A stretch of 64,000 nt of DNA, from assembly GCA_963702815.1 (NCBI GenBank), contig CAVPED010000003.1, forward strand, positions 57,524-121,523, written 5' to 3'. Below are positions 1 to 11,962 of this stretch, piece by piece (the stretch's first letter is position 1; the number at the start of each line of letters is the position of its first letter). The DNA comes from an uncultured Actinomycetota bacterium. Its GTDB lineage: Bacteria > Actinomycetota > Actinomycetes > Actinomycetales > Microbacteriaceae. The position numbers and the translations under genes are program-made. Below the pieces are notes generated by a model. The model was not told where the DNA came from and did not search any database. It saw only the letters and a list, made by a program, of their open reading frames with translations.

Positions 1-1084
1 CGCGGCGATGCCGAACGGGAGCGCCTCCATGCGCGGTGACGAAGCCGTCGGCGTCTGCGGTGACCGTGTGGGTGTCGTTCGGCGCGGGGAGCGCAGCATC
101 CGGATCTCCGCCCTGGGCAGAGATCATGGCGCGCCAGGCATCCATCGCCCGCCCATCGCGGAGCGCCTTCTCGACATCGGCGTCGGGCTGTCCGGCGAGC
201 GAGAGCATCTCGCGGGCGAGCGCGATCGTGAGCTCGACGACATCGGCGGGGCCGCCACCCGCCAGCACCTCGACGGATTCGCGCACTTCGTTCGCGTTGC
301 CGATCGCAAGGCCGAGCGGGGTGTTCATGTCGGTGAGGAGGGCGGTCGTCGCCACGCCCGAGTCGGTGCCGAGCGCGACCATGGTGCGCGCGAGCTCGCG
401 CGCCTTGTCGACGTCGCGCATGAACGCGCCGGAGCCGAACTTCACGTCCAGGACGAGCGAGTCGGTTCCCTCGGCGATCTTCTTCGACATGATGCTCGAG
501 GCGATGAGCGGGATGGCTTCGACCGTTCCGGTGACATCGCGCAGCGCGTAGAGGCGCTTGTCGGCGGGGGCGAGGCCAGAGCCGGCGGCGCAGATGACGG
601 CACCGACGTCGCGGAGCTGCTGGAACAGCTCGTCGTTCGTCAGGGCCGCTCGCCATCCGGGGATCGACTCGAGCTTGTCGAGGGTGCCGCCGGTGTGGCC
701 GAGGCCGCGACCCGAGAGCTGCGGCACCGCGACGCCGAATGCGGCGACGAGCGGAGCCAGCGGGAGCGTGATCTTGTCGCCGACACCGCCGGTCGAGTGC
801 TTGTCGACCGTGGGCTTGCCGAGCCCGCCGAAGCTCATCCGCTCGCCCGAGGCGATCATGGCCTCGGTCATCACGCGGATCTCGTCGCGCTCCATGCCGT
901 TGAGGAGCACGGCCATCGCGAACGCCGCCATCTGCGAGTCGGCGACGTAGCCACGGGTGTAGGCGTCGATCATCCAGCGGAGCGCGTCCTCGGCGACCGC
1001 TCCACCGTCGCGCTTGGTGCGGATCACGTCGACGGCATCGAACGCCTCGACCGCGGGCGTTTCGAGGGCGGGCGAAGCCGTCAT
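1..1084 (-). CDS. deoA: Thymidine/pyrimidine-nucleoside phosphorylase (3' end runs off the window)
   Basis: Manual translation from ATG at 1084 (overlaps the cdd stop, ATGA): MTASPALETPAVEAFDAVDVIRTKRDG...VDKHSTGGVGDKITL...SGRGLGHTGGTLDKLESIPG, the thymidine phosphorylase signature. Not in the ORF track because there is no stop in the window. Confidence 0.93.
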   Translation of the reverse strand, partial: MTASPALETPAVEAFDAVDVIRTKRDGGAVAEDALRWMIDAYTRGYVADSQMAAFAMAVLLNGMERDEIRVMTEAMIASGERMSFGGLGKPTVDKHSTGGVGDKITLPLAPLVAAFGVAVPQLSGRGLGHTGGTLDKLESIPGWRAALTNDELFQQLRDVGAVICAAGSGLAPADKRLYALRDVTGTVEAIPLIASSIMSKKIAEGTDSLVLDVKFGSGAFMRDVDKARELARTMVALGTDSGVATTALLTDMNTPLGLAIGNANEVRESVEVLAGGGPADVVELTIALAREMLSLAGQPDADVEKALRDGRAMDAWRAMISAQGGDPDAALPAPNDTHTVTADADGFVTAHGGAPVRHRR

Positions 1085-1482
1085 CGCGAGACGTCCTCGA
1101 GATCGCGGGGGCCGAAGGCGTCGGGCAGCACCTCGTCGATCGTGCGGATGCCCGACACCGTCTCGAGCAGCATCCCGGGGAGCGCGTGCTCGTACAGCAG
1201 CTGCCGGCAGCGCCCGCACGGCATGATCGTCTCGCCGTCGTTGTTCACGCACACGAAGGCGACCAGGCGACCGCCCCCCGACATGTGCAGCTCGGAGACC
1301 AGCCCGCACTCGGCGCACAGTCCGACGCCATAGGAGGCGTTCTCGACGTTGCAGCCCTGGATGATGCGCCCGTCCGACACCAGCGCCGCCGCCCCGACCC
1401 GGTAGCGCGAGTACGGCGCGTAGGCCCGCTGCATGGCCTCGGTGGCGGCAGCCCGGAGTTCGTCCCAGTCGATGTCGGTCAC
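1081..1482 (-). CDS. cdd: Cytidine deaminase
   Basis: C-terminus of ORF 1081..3096: AYAPYSRYRVGAA, GCNVENASY, CAE and PCGRC zinc motifs. Confidence 0.95.
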   Translation of the reverse strand: MTDIDWDELRAAATEAMQRAYAPYSRYRVGAAALVSDGRIIQGCNVENASYGVGLCAECGLVSELHMSGGGRLVAFVCVNNDGETIMPCGRCRQLLYEHALPGMLLETVSGIRTIDEVLPDAFGPRDLEDVSR

Positions 1483-1487
1483 GCGAC

Positions 1488-2780
1488 TCATCCCTTTATG
1501 TATGGTTTGCCGTCGGCCGCGGGAGCCCTGGACTTCCCGACGACGCCGGCCACGACGAAGATCGTGACGACGTACGGCAGCATCAGCATGAACTCGCTCG
1601 GCACCGGGCGACCCGATGACGCTCAGTGTGTTCTGCAGGTTGGAGGCGAAGCCGAAGAGCAGTGCCGCCAGCGTCGCCTTGATCGGATCCCATTGACCGA
1701 AGATCACCGCGGCGAGGGCGATGAAGCCGGCCCCGGCGGTCATCTCCTTGTTGAAGGCGATGCCGTTGCCGATCGTGAAGACCGTGCCGCCGAGTGCCCG
1801 CGATGGCGCCGGCGAGCAGCACGTTCCAGGAACCGGGTCCGGTTGACCTTGATGCCCACCGTGTCGGCGGCCTGAGGGTGCTCGCCGACCGCGCGCAGGC
1901 GCAGGCCCCAGCGCGTGTGGAACATCCCGATGTACACCGCAGCCACAGCGAAGTACATGATGTACACGATGATCGTCTGCCGGAAGAAGACCGGGCCGAT
2001 GACCGGGATCTCGCTCAGCACCGGGATCGGGATGCGCTCGAAGCGCGGCGGGCTGTTGAGCGTCGCGGCGTTGGGCTGCAGCACCTGCGAGTAGAAGAAG
2101 CTCGTGAGTCCGGTCACCAGGACGTTGAGCACGACGCCGACGATGACCTGGTCGACGAAGTACTTGATCGCGAACAGCGAGAGGACAGCCGCGACCAGCA
2201 TTCCCGACACCATCGCGGCGACGAGCCCGAGCATCGGCTGTCCGGTGAGCGACGCGACGACCGAGGCTGTGAAGGCGCCGGCGAGCAGCTGACCCTCGAT
2301 GGCGATGTTGACCACGCCGGCCCGCTCGCCGATCACGCCCCCGAGCGCACCGTAGATCAGCGGGACGGCAAGGCCCAGCGAACCGGCGAGCAGGCCCGGT
2401 ACCGGAATCGTGGCCCCTGCCGCGGCCCACGTGAGGAACCCGACGACGAAGAAGAGGATGTAGACGATGACGATCCACAGCGGCGACTCGCCGCCTGCGC
2501 GGACGAAGTACGCCGATGCGATCGTCAGCAGCGCGAGGAAGACGAAGCAGACCCACGCCGTGGCCATGACCGGCACGACGAGATCGGGCAGCTGAATCAG
2601 GTCGGAGTCGGTCGACAGGCGGAAGGTGGTCGCGCCCTCGCGGGGGGCGAGGACCAGCAGGAGTCCGAAGAGCGCCGCGAACACCAGCAGCGAGACGGGG
2701 GCCTTCCAGCTCCGGATGACGGTCCTCTGCGTCGCCTCCGGCGGCATCAGGCCTTCTGTCGAGACGAGGGGCGTGGTCAC
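1488..2780 (-). CDS. Nucleoside/sugar ABC transporter permease (indels near 3' end)
   Basis: [47 protein letters not shown] spread over ORFs 1740..3386 and 1081..3096. Confidence 0.88.
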
Positions 2781-4059
2781 TTGGACACCTCCTCGAGGTC
2801 GCTCGTCGCCTTGACCTCGGCCTTGAGCGCCTTCTGCCGCGCCTTCTCCGCCCGGCGGCGGTCGCGCTCGGGGGAGGGCAGGAAGAAGATCGTGCGCACG
2901 AGCGGCGGCGCGGCGATGAAGAGGACGATGAGCGACTGGACGACGGTGACGATCTCGATCGGGATCTGCTCGGCCGCCTGCATCGAGAACCCGCCGGCCT
3001 TGAACGCGCCGAAGAGCACCCCGGCGGCGAACGTCCCCCACGGGGTGGACCGGCCGAGGAGGGCGACGGTGATCGCGTCGAAGCCGATGCCGGCATCGAT
3101 GTCGGCTGAGAAGCCCGGTGGTGATCGTGCCGAGCACCTGGTTGACGCCCGCCAGACCCACGAGTGCGCCCGAGATCAGCATCCCGTAGACGTACATGTT
3201 CTTGACGTTGATGCCCGCGACCCGCGCGGCGTTCGGGTTCTCTCCGACGGCCCGGAACTTGAAGCCCAGGCTCGAGCGGTTGAGGATCCAGGCGACGAGG
3301 AAGGTCGCCGCGATCACGAGGATGAACCCGAAGTGCAGGTTGTACTGCGGCCCCAGGAGCTCAGGGAAGACCGCGGTCTCCTTCATCGGCGGGGTCTTCG
3401 GGGTTGCTCGAACCCGGCGCCTGCAGCAATCCGGGGGTGCGCAGCATCCACGAGACGAGGTAGAAGGCGATGTAGTTGAGCATGATCGTGACGATCACCT
3501 CGTGTGCACCCGTGCGGGCCTTCAGGAGGCCCGCGATACCCGCCCACAGCGCACCGGCGATGAGACCCGCGATGAGCGCGAGGATCATGTGGAGCGGGAA
3601 CGGCAGGTCGTAGGCGAAGCCGACGTAGCCGGCGGCCGCTGCCGCCAGGAGCATCTGCCCCCGGCCGCCGATGTTGAACATGCCGATGCGGAAAGCCAGG
3701 GCGACACCGAGACCGGCCGCGATCAGCGGTGTGGCGAACGTGAGGGTCTCGGTGAGGGGCCGGATGGCGCGCGCGAAGGTCGGCGCGCCGAAGTTGTAGA
3801 TCGCACCCTGGAACAGCGCGATGTAGGCGCCGGACACGGCATCCCAGATCGCGACGATCGTGTCTCCGGGGCGGGCGAAGAAGTACTTGGCCGCCGCCTG
3901 CACATCCTCATCGGTGACGGCGATCAGGATGCCGCCGACGACGAGTGCGAGGAAGATCGCGAGGACCGAGATGATCGCGTTGCCCTGCGTGATCTTCAGG
4001 AACGTCTGATGCCACTTCGACGGAGGCGGGGCCTCGCTCTGCTGTGTCGCCGTGCTCAC
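2777..4059 (-). CDS. Nucleoside/sugar ABC transporter permease (frameshifted)
   Basis: FRIGMFNIGGRGQ, GAHEVIVTIMLNY, GFKFRAVGENPNAARVAGI pieces in three frames; GTG start overlaps the upstream stop. Confidence 0.88.
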
Positions 4060-5581
4060 GCGGCAGCCCCTTCCCCGGCGCGGGCTCTCGCCCGCCATCA
4101 TGAGCCCGAGCACCTCGCGAGGCGTGTCACCCGGGACGATTCCGACGATCCGCCCGCGGTACATCACCATGATGCGGTCGGCGAGGGCGGCGACCTCGTC
4201 GAGCTCGGTGGAGACGACGATGACGGGAACGCCCGCGTCGCGCGTCTCGACGATGCGCTTGTGGATGAACTCGATCGAGCCGACGTCGACACCGCGGGTC
4301 GGCTGGGCGGCGACCAGCAGCGACAGGTCGCGGCTGAGCTCGCGCGCGAGGACGACCTTCTGCTGGTTGCCGCCGGACAGCTGGCCGACCGGGGTGTCGA
4401 TGCTCTGAGCGCGGACGTCGAACTCGCGTGAACTTCTCCTTGGCGAAGGCCGCGCAGCGTGCTGCGCTGGAGATTGAAGGCCTTGACGAAAGGGGCGCCG
4501 TTCGCGCGGTCGAGCATGAGGTTCTCGGCGATCGTGAATGCCCCGACGAGTCCGTCCTCGTTGCGATCCTCCGGGATGAATCCGACGCCCTCGTCCAGGA
4601 TGTGGCGGACGCTGCGTCCGACGAGTCTGCTCGCCGTCGAGGGTCACCGAGCCTCGCGCCTGCGGCTGGAGGCCGATGAGCGCCTCGGTGAGCTCGGTCT
4701 GGCCATTGCCCTGGACCCCTGCGATCGCGAGCATCTCGCCGCCTCGCACATCGAAGCTGACATCGTCGACGATCACCTGGCCGACAGCGTCGATGACGGT
4801 GAGGTTCTCGACCACGAGCCCGCGGTCGTTGAGCTGCGGGCGCATCCTTGTGCACGGTGAGCTCGACCGCTCGGCCGACCATCATCGAGGCGAGCTCGGC
4901 GTTCGAGGCGGTGGGAGAGGCTTCGCCGACCACCTTTCCGAGGCGGATGACGGTGATGCGGTCCGCGACCTCGCGGACCTCGCGGAGCTTGTGGGTGATG
5001 AAGACGATGGATGCCCCGGATGCCTTGAGCTGGCGCATGATCTCCATCAGCTCGTCGGTCTCCTGCGGGGTGAGGACCGCGGTGGGCTCGTCGAAGACGA
5101 GCACCCGGGCGTCGCGGGAGAGCGCCTTGATGATCTCGACCCGCTGTTGGACGCCGACGGGGAGCTCCTCGACCAGCGCGTCGGGATCGACGTGGAATCC
5201 GAACCGAGCCGAGATCTCGCGCACGCGCTCGCGGGCCGCGCCGACGTCCAGCAGTCCGCCCGCGCGAGTCGACTCGTGTCCGAGCATGACGTTCTCGGCC
5301 ACGCTGAAGACGGGGATGAGCATGAAGTGCTGGTGCACCATGCCGATGCCGGCGCGCATCGCGTCGCCGGGACCCTGGAAGTTCTGCACCTGGCCGTCGA
5401 GAAGGATGGTTCCCTCTTCTGCCGTGTACAGGCCGTAGAGGACGTTCATGAGCGTCGACTTGCCTGCGCCGTTCTCGCCGAGCAGACAGTGGATCTCTCC
5501 GGGCTCCACCACGAGATCGATGTGGTCGTTGGCGACGAGACTGCCGAACCGCTTCGTGATCCCGCGGAGTTCGAGCTTCAT
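4056..5581 (-). CDS. Nucleoside ABC transporter ATP-binding protein, double NBD (frameshifted)
   Basis: [30 protein letters not shown], second domain LSGGNQQK / QPTRGVD. Confidence 0.92.
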
Positions 5582-5662
5582 GGTGCCGATCCTAGTGAGG
5601 GGGGTGCGCCGACGCACCGAGACGGGCAGGGGCGGCGCGCTGGCTGCGCCGTGGGGCAAACG

Positions 5663-5698
5663 AGTGGGGAGGCCGGGATGAAACCCGACCTCCCCACT
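5663..5698 (-). terminator. Strong stem-loop after the BMP lipoprotein gene (terminator or mRNA stabiliser)
   Basis: AGTGGGGAGG-CCGGG-ATGAAA-CCCGA-CCTCCCCACT inverted repeat just after the BMP stop codon. Confidence 0.65.
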
Positions 5699-5708
5699 GC
5701 GGCGGGAC

Positions 5709-6817
5709 TCAGCCCTGGAGGTACGACTCGACCTTGATGGATCCGTCGATGATGCCGGCCGTGATCGTGTCCAGCTCACCCTGCAGGTCAGGCGAGACCT
5801 TGCCCTCGAAGTCGTGGAACGGCGCCAGGCCGACGCCCTCGTTCTCGAGCGTGCCGACGAAGGGCGCGTGTCGAACTCGCCCTTGCCCGCTGCCAGCACG
5901 GCATCCTCGACGCCGACGTCGATGAGCTTGCGGATCGACGTCAGCAGGAGGTCGGCCACGGTGGGGTCGGTCTCGTAGAGGTCGGCGTCGACACCGAGCA
6001 TGGCGATTTCGCGACCCGAGTCGCGGATGACCGCCGCGGCGCTCTGGTAGATCGGACCGCCGACGGGCAGGAGCACGTCGACACCCTGGTCGACGAGGCC
6101 CTGCGCAGCGTTGATCGCGTCCTGGTTGGCGACGAAGCCACCGGTGAAGACGCCGTCCTGCGCTGCGCGATCCCAGCCGAGCACCTGGACGGTGTCGCCC
6201 TTCTGCTCGTTCCAGTAGTCCACGCCCTGCGCGAAGCCGTCCATGAAGATCGAGACGGTCGGGAAGTTCATGCCGCCGAAGGTTCCGACCTTCTTGGCCG
6301 TCGAGTACGACGCGGCCGCGTAGCCGGCGAGGAACGCCGCCTGCGCGGTGTCGAAGACGATCGGCTTGATGTTCTCGGCAGTCCGTCTTGCCGTCGAAGT
6401 CGTTGTCGACGACGTCATCGATCGAGACGTAGTCGATGTCGGGGTTCGCGGTCGCCGACTCACCGGCTGCCGAGGCCAGCGCGAAGCCGACCGTGATGAT
6501 GAGCGTGCAGTTCTGGTCGACGAGGCTCGTGATGTTCGGTGCGAAGTCCGACTCCGAGTCCGACTGGACCGTGATGGACTTCGACGCCGAGCTCGTCGGC
6601 GGCGCGGTCGAGCCCCTCGAAGCCCAGCTGGTTGAACGACTTGTCGTCGAACCCGCCGGCGTCCGAGACCATGCAGGGCAGGAAGCCGTCGACGACGCGC
6701 TCCGGCGTCAGCCGTCTCTTCGGTCTGCTCGGGTGCGGATGCACAGCCCGCGAGGGCGACGAACATGCTGGCGGCTACCAGGCCGCCGAGCACTCGCTTT
6801 CGGGTGGTAATGGTCAA
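5709..6817 (-). CDS. BMP-family nucleoside-binding lipoprotein (frameshifted)
   Basis: TTG start after GGAGG; lipobox LAGC; [31 protein letters not shown] motifs. Confidence 0.9.
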
Positions 6818-6980
6818 CTCTGCCTCCACGGGAAGAAGACCCGCGCGAACTCGCGGGTGCCTAACGAAGTTACCTACTGTGACCGGGGACTTGCATTATC
6901 GCCAGGCCCGGTGGCCCCAATGGTTACAAAGACGCAACACGCGCGGAACCGGATGTCGCATTCCGCGCGACTGCGGATCA

Positions 6981-8090
6981 TCAGAGCACGTCGCCCTGAC
7001 CGTTGAGCTTGAGGGCGTCGACGACTCCCTTGACCCGCTGAGCGTGCTCGCTCGTGGTGACCAGGAGTGCATCGTCGGTGTCGACGACGATGATGTCCTT
7101 CACGCCGATGATGCTGATGACGCGCTGGGTCTGAGTGACGACGATGCCGCTCGACGCGTCGGCGAGCACGCGGGCGTTCTTGCCGAGGATCGCCAGCTCG
7201 TTGCCACGGCCGTTGAGCTTCGCAAGGCTCGCGAAGTCGCCGACGTCGTCCCAGTCGAAGTGGCCCGGGATCACGGCGAGCCGGCCCTTCTCGGCCGCAG
7301 GCTCTGCCACGGCGTAGTCGATCGCGATCTTGGTGATCGAGGGCCATACCCGATCGACGACCGGGCCGCGCCTGTCGCGGTCATCCCACGCCTCGGCGAG
7401 GTCCATGAGACCGGCGTAGAGGTGCGGCTGATTCTCGGCGATCTCACCGAGCAGCACATCCGCGCGCGAGATGAACATGCCGGCGTTCCACAGATAGGAG
7501 CGGTCCGCGTAGTACGACTTGGCCGTCTCGAGATCGGGCTTCTCGACGAAGCGCTCGACCAGCGCGGCCTCGGGCGCGCCGTCGATGACGATCTCGCCGC
7601 CCTTCTTGATGTAGCCGAAGCCGACCGACGGCTCGATGGGCGGGATGCCGATCGTGCAGATGTAGCCCTCGCGGGCCGTTGCGACCGCCTGGCGCACGGC
7701 CCAGTCGAACACCTGCGTGCCCCGGATGACGTGGTCGGCGGCGAAGGAGCCGATGATGACGTCAGGCTCGCGGCGAGAGAGGATCGCCGCGGCGAGCCCG
7801 ATGGCGGCGGCGGAGTCGCGGGGCTCGGACTCGAGGAACACGTTCTTGTCGGGGACACCCGGCAGCTCGCGCTCGACGGCGGCGCGGTGCGCACGACCGG
7901 TCACGACGGCGATCCGGTCGGCGCCGGAGAGCGGCTCCAGGCGGTCCCACGTGTCGCGGAGGAGCGTCTGCCCCGAACCGGTGAGGTCGTGGAGGAACTT
8001 GGGCGCATCGGCACGCGACAGCGGCCAGAGCCGGCTGCCGATGCCCCCTGCGGGGATGACGGCGTAGAAGTCAGCGATCGGGTCGGCCAT
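6981..8090 (-). CDS. manC: Mannose-1-phosphate guanylyltransferase
   Basis: VIPAGGIGSRLWPLSR..PKF, FVEKP, WNAGMF, WDDVG. Confidence 0.93.
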   Translation of the reverse strand: MADPIADFYAVIPAGGIGSRLWPLSRADAPKFLHDLTGSGQTLLRDTWDRLEPLSGADRIAVVTGRAHRAAVERELPGVPDKNVFLESEPRDSAAAIGLAAAILSRREPDVIIGSFAADHVIRGTQVFDWAVRQAVATAREGYICTIGIPPIEPSVGFGYIKKGGEIVIDGAPEAALVERFVEKPDLETAKSYYADRSYLWNAGMFISRADVLLGEIAENQPHLYAGLMDLAEAWDDRDRRGPVVDRVWPSITKIAIDYAVAEPAAEKGRLAVIPGHFDWDDVGDFASLAKLNGRGNELAILGKNARVLADASSGIVVTQTQRVISIIGVKDIIVVDTDDALLVTTSEHAQRVKGVVDALKLNGQGDVL

Positions 8091-8183
8091 GGCTCCAGGC
8101 TACCGACGGGCATTGCGGGCGAGTGTCGGCCAGTTGTCGGGCGCGTGAAAAGGCGGGCGCCCGCATCCTGCCCGCTGCACCCG

Positions 8184-8207
8184 AACTATCTCGACGTCGA
8201 GATAGTT
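8184..8207. promoter_or_regulatory. Perfect 24-bp palindromic operator upstream of sdhC (TamR-like)
   Basis: AACTATCTCGAC|GTCGAGATAGTT; resembles the TATCT.GA.GTCGAGATA site of the actinomycete MarR regulator TamR. Confidence 0.7.
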
Positions 8208-8337
8208 GGGACGGCCTTCTCCCCCGTCCGCACGGGACGGGAATAGGATGTGGACGCGCCGCGCGACGCAGGGGAACGCCTTTCCCCACGGGGCAGAGAC
8301 CGCCCCCGCACGATGTTCTAGTCAGGGAGGACGGCCC

Positions 8338-8769
8338 GTGTCTGCACCAGCACGCGTCACACCGTCGGTCACCGAGACCACGTCCAAAGTGCCCAGGGGC
8401 ACGCTCTACCGCGGACGCGAGGGGATGTGGTCGTGGGTTCTCCACCGCATCACCGGTGTCGCGATCTTCTTCTTCCTCCTGGTGCACGTGCTCGACACGG
8501 CGCTGATCCGGGTGTCGCCCGAGGCGTACAACGCGGTCATCGGGACGTACAAGAACCCGATCATGGCGCTCGGTGAAGTCGTCCTCGTGGCGGCCATCGC
8601 CTACCACGCGTACAACGGACTGCGCATCATCGCGGTCGACATGTGGCCCTGGGCGACCCGGCACCAGCGTCAGCTCTGGTGGGGCGTCCTGGGCCTTTGG
8701 GCTGTGACGATGGCTGGCTTCGCACCGCGCCACCTCATGCTCGCGTTCGCGACCGGAGGGGGCCACTGA
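8338..8769 (+). CDS. sdhC: Succinate dehydrogenase cytochrome b556 subunit
   Basis: GTLYRGREGMWSWVLHRITG, HAYNGLRII; GTG start after GGGAGG. Confidence 0.93.
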   Translation: MSAPARVTPSVTETTSKVPRGTLYRGREGMWSWVLHRITGVAIFFFLLVHVLDTALIRVSPEAYNAVIGTYKNPIMALGEVVLVAAIAYHAYNGLRIIAVDMWPWATRHQRQLWWGVLGLWAVTMAGFAPRHLMLAFATGGGH

Positions 8770-9223
8770 TGACCTCAATCGCCGACCCCCGAGCCCCGCA
8801 CTCCCCCGTCCGCCGCACCGGTCCCAACCTCGAGAAGTGGGGCTGGATCTACATGCGGGCCTCGGGCGTGCTGCTCGTCGTCCTCATCTTCGGCCACCTC
8901 TTCGTCAACCTGATGGTCGGCGAAGGCATCCATGGCATCGACTTCGCCTTCGTCGCGGGCAAGTACGCGAGCCCGTTCTGGCAGTGGTGGGACGTGCTGA
9001 TGCTGTGGCTCGCACTGATCCACGGTGCGAACGGCATGCGCACGATCATCGAACGACTACATCACCCGCCCGCAGCTTCGCGCGTGTGCTCGTCTGGGCC
9101 ATCGGGCTGGCCGCGGCGTTCCTCATCCTTCTCGGCACACTGGTGGTCTTCACCTTCGACCCCTGCATCGGCATCGAGAACAGCACGACCGAGTGGCTGA
9201 TCGAGGTGTGCGCGGCCCAGTGA
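8769..9223 (+). CDS. sdhD: Succinate dehydrogenase hydrophobic anchor subunit (indels ~9050-9075)
   Basis: NLEKWGWIYMRASG, LIHGANGMRTII; C-terminus in another frame (LGTLVVFTFDP). Confidence 0.9.
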
Positions 9224-9280
9224 GCTCCGCATCCTCGACCCCGCGACCGTGACGACGTACAGAACGAAGGCAATCCACCT

Positions 9281-11088
9281 GTGAGCACCCAGACCACCGA
9301 CAGCGTCGTGAAGAACGGCGTCCACTATCACCAGTTCGACGTCGTCATCGTCGGTGCCGGCGGCGCCGGCATGCGCGCGGCGATCGAGGCCGGCCCGGGA
9401 GCCAAGACCGCCGTCATCACCAAGCTCTACCCGACGCGCTCGCACACGGGTGCGGCGCAGGGCGGCATGGCCGCGGCGCTCGCGAACGTCGAAGAGGACT
9501 CGTGGGAGTGGCACACCTTCGACACCGTCAAGGGCGGGGACTACCTCGTCGATCAGGATGCCGCCGAGATCCTCGCCAAAGAGGCGATCGACGCCGTCAT
9601 CGACCTCGAGAACATGGGCCTGCCGTTCAACCGCACGCCCGAGGGCAAGATCGACCAGCGCCGGTTCGGCGGCCACACGGCCGACCACGGCAAGACGCCC
9701 GTCCGTCGCGCGTGCTACGCCGCCGACCGCACGGGCCACATGATCCTGCAGACGCTGTTCCAGAACTGCGTCAAGCTCGGCATCAACTTCTTCAACGAGT
9801 TCTACGTCCTCGACCTCATCACGGTGAAGGACGACGACGGCGGCACGCAGGTGGCGGGCGTCGTGGCCTACGAGCTCGCCACCGGTGACCTGCACGTCTT
9901 CCACTCGAAGGCGATCATCTTCGCCACCGGCGGCTTCGGCAAGATCTTCAAGACGACCTCCAACGCGCACACGCTCACGGGCGACGGCGTCGGCGTCATC
10001 TGGCGCAAGGGCCTGCCGCTCGAGGACATGGAGTTCTTCCAGTTCCACCCGACCGGCCTGGCGGGGCTCGGCATCCTGCTGACCGAAGGCGCCCGCGGTG
10101 AGGGCGCGATCCTGCGCAACGTCTCGGGCGAGCGCTTCATGGAGCGCTACGCGCCGACGATCAAGGACCTCGCGCCCCGCGACATCGTGAGCCGCTGCAT
10201 GGTGCAGGAGGTCGCGGAGGGCCGCGGAGCCGGCCCGCACCGCGACTACGTGCTGCTGGACTGCACGCACCTCGGCGCCGAGGTGCTCGAGACCAAGCTC
10301 CCCGACATCACCGAGTTCGCCCGCACGTATCTCGGCGTCGACCCGGTGGTCGAGCCCGTCCCGGTGATGCCCACCGCGCACTACGCGATGGGCGGCATCC
10401 CGACCAACAACGACGCCCAGGTGCTCAGCGACAACACCACCGTGGTGCCCGGCCTCTACGCGGCCGGCGAGTGCGCGTGCGTGTCGGTGCACGGCTCGAA
10501 CCGCCTCGGCACCAACTCGCTGCTCGACATCAACGTCTTCGGAAAGCGCGCCGGCCGCAATGCGGTGCAGTACGTGCAGACCGCCGACTTCGTGCCCCTC
10601 CCCGACGACCCCGCCAAGGAGGTGCGCGAGCTGCTCGAGGGCCTGCGCAACAACGCCGGGACCGAGCGCATCGCCGTCCTCCGCAAGACGCTCCAGGACG
10701 AGATGGACCGCAAGGCCCAGGTGTTCCGCACCGACCAGTCGCTGTCCGAGGTGATGGACGTCATCGCGGAGCTGCGCGAGCGCTACCGCAACGTGCACGT
10801 CGATGACAAGGGCAAGCGCTACAACACCGACCTGCTGGAGGCTGTGGAGCTGGGCTTCCTGCTCGATCTCGCGGAGGTCGTCGTCGTCACGGCGCGCAAC
10901 CGCAAGGAGAGCCGCGGCGGCCACATGCGCGACGACTACCCCAAGCGCGACGACGAGAACTACATGCAGCACACGATGGCCTACCTGTCGGGGCGATGCT
11001 CAGTCCTCGCACCCCGAGGACCACATCCGGCTCGATTGGAAGCCTGTCGTCATCACGCAGGTACCAGCCGATGGAGAGGAAGTACTGA
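9281..11088 (+). CDS. sdhA: Succinate dehydrogenase flavoprotein subunit (indels near 3' end)
   Basis: [41 protein letters not shown]; terminal YQPMERKY* ends at 11088. Confidence 0.96.
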
Positions 11089-11090
11089 GG

Positions 11091-11891
11091 ATGGCGACAT
11101 CCGCGACCGACATCATCGAGCGCACCGACGCCGATGCCCCGGCCAAGGCTGAGGAGGCCGGCGCCGACACCGGCATCCAGTCGTTCCTGGTGACCTTCAT
11201 CGTCCGCCGCTTCGACCCCGAGGTCGACGAAGAGCCGCGCTGGGTGGACTACGACGTCGAGCTCTACTCGACGGACCGCGTGCTCGACGCCCTGCACAAG
11301 ATCAAGTGGGAGGTCGACGGCTCGCTGTCGTTCCGCCGCTCGTGCGCGCACGGCATCTGCGGATCCGACGCGATGCGCATCAACGGGCGCAACCGCCTGG
11401 CCTGCAAGACGCTGATCAAGGATCTCGACATCTCGCAGCCGATCTACGTCGAGGCGATCAAGGGCCTGCCGCTCGAGAAGGACCTCATCGTCGACATGGA
11501 GCCGTTCTTCGCGTCGTACCGCGAAGTCCAGCCGTTCCTGATCTCGAACCTGGCACCCACTCCCGGCAAGGAGCGCATCCAGTCGATCGTCGATCGCGAG
11601 GTCTTCGACGACACCACGAAGTGCATCCTGTGCGCCGCGTGCACGTCGTCCTGCCCCGTGTTCTGGACCGACGGCCAGTACTTCGGCCCCGCCGCGATCG
11701 TCAACGCGCACCGCTTCATCTTCGACTCGCGCGACGACGCCGGCGCGGCGCGCCTCGACATCCTCAACGACAAAGAGGGCGTCTGGCGCTGCCGCACGAC
11801 CTTCAACTGCACCGAGGCATGCCCCCGCGGCATCGAGGTCACCAAGGCCATCGCCGAGGTCAAGCAGGCCGTCCTGCGCGGTCGTTCCTGA
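11091..11891 (+). CDS. sdhB: Succinate dehydrogenase iron-sulfur subunit
   Basis: [34 protein letters not shown] clusters. Confidence 0.96.
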   Translation: MATSATDIIERTDADAPAKAEEAGADTGIQSFLVTFIVRRFDPEVDEEPRWVDYDVELYSTDRVLDALHKIKWEVDGSLSFRRSCAHGICGSDAMRINGRNRLACKTLIKDLDISQPIYVEAIKGLPLEKDLIVDMEPFFASYREVQPFLISNLAPTPGKERIQSIVDREVFDDTTKCILCAACTSSCPVFWTDGQYFGPAAIVNAHRFIFDSRDDAGAARLDILNDKEGVWRCRTTFNCTEACPRGIEVTKAIAEVKQAVLRGRS

Positions 11892-11895
11892 GCCG

Positions 11896-11942
11896 ATCCT
11901 CCGCTCATCCGGAGGGTGACGGATGCCGGTGCCCGGCGTCCG
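11896..11942 (+). terminator. Tandem hairpins after sdhB
   Basis: CCTCCG-ctcatc-CGGAGG and CGGATGCCGG-tgc-CCGGCGTCCG inverted repeats; no U-tract. Confidence 0.45.
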
Positions 11943-11962
11943 CTGATCGCTAGTCTGTTCGC

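Noticed and set aside
6862-6940. GlnR/MtrA-like GTNAC repeats upstream of the nucleoside transporter
   Set aside because: Matches (GTCAC-N5-GTAAC, GTTGC-N6-GTAAC on the minus strand) are short and degenerate and cannot be supported without comparative data.
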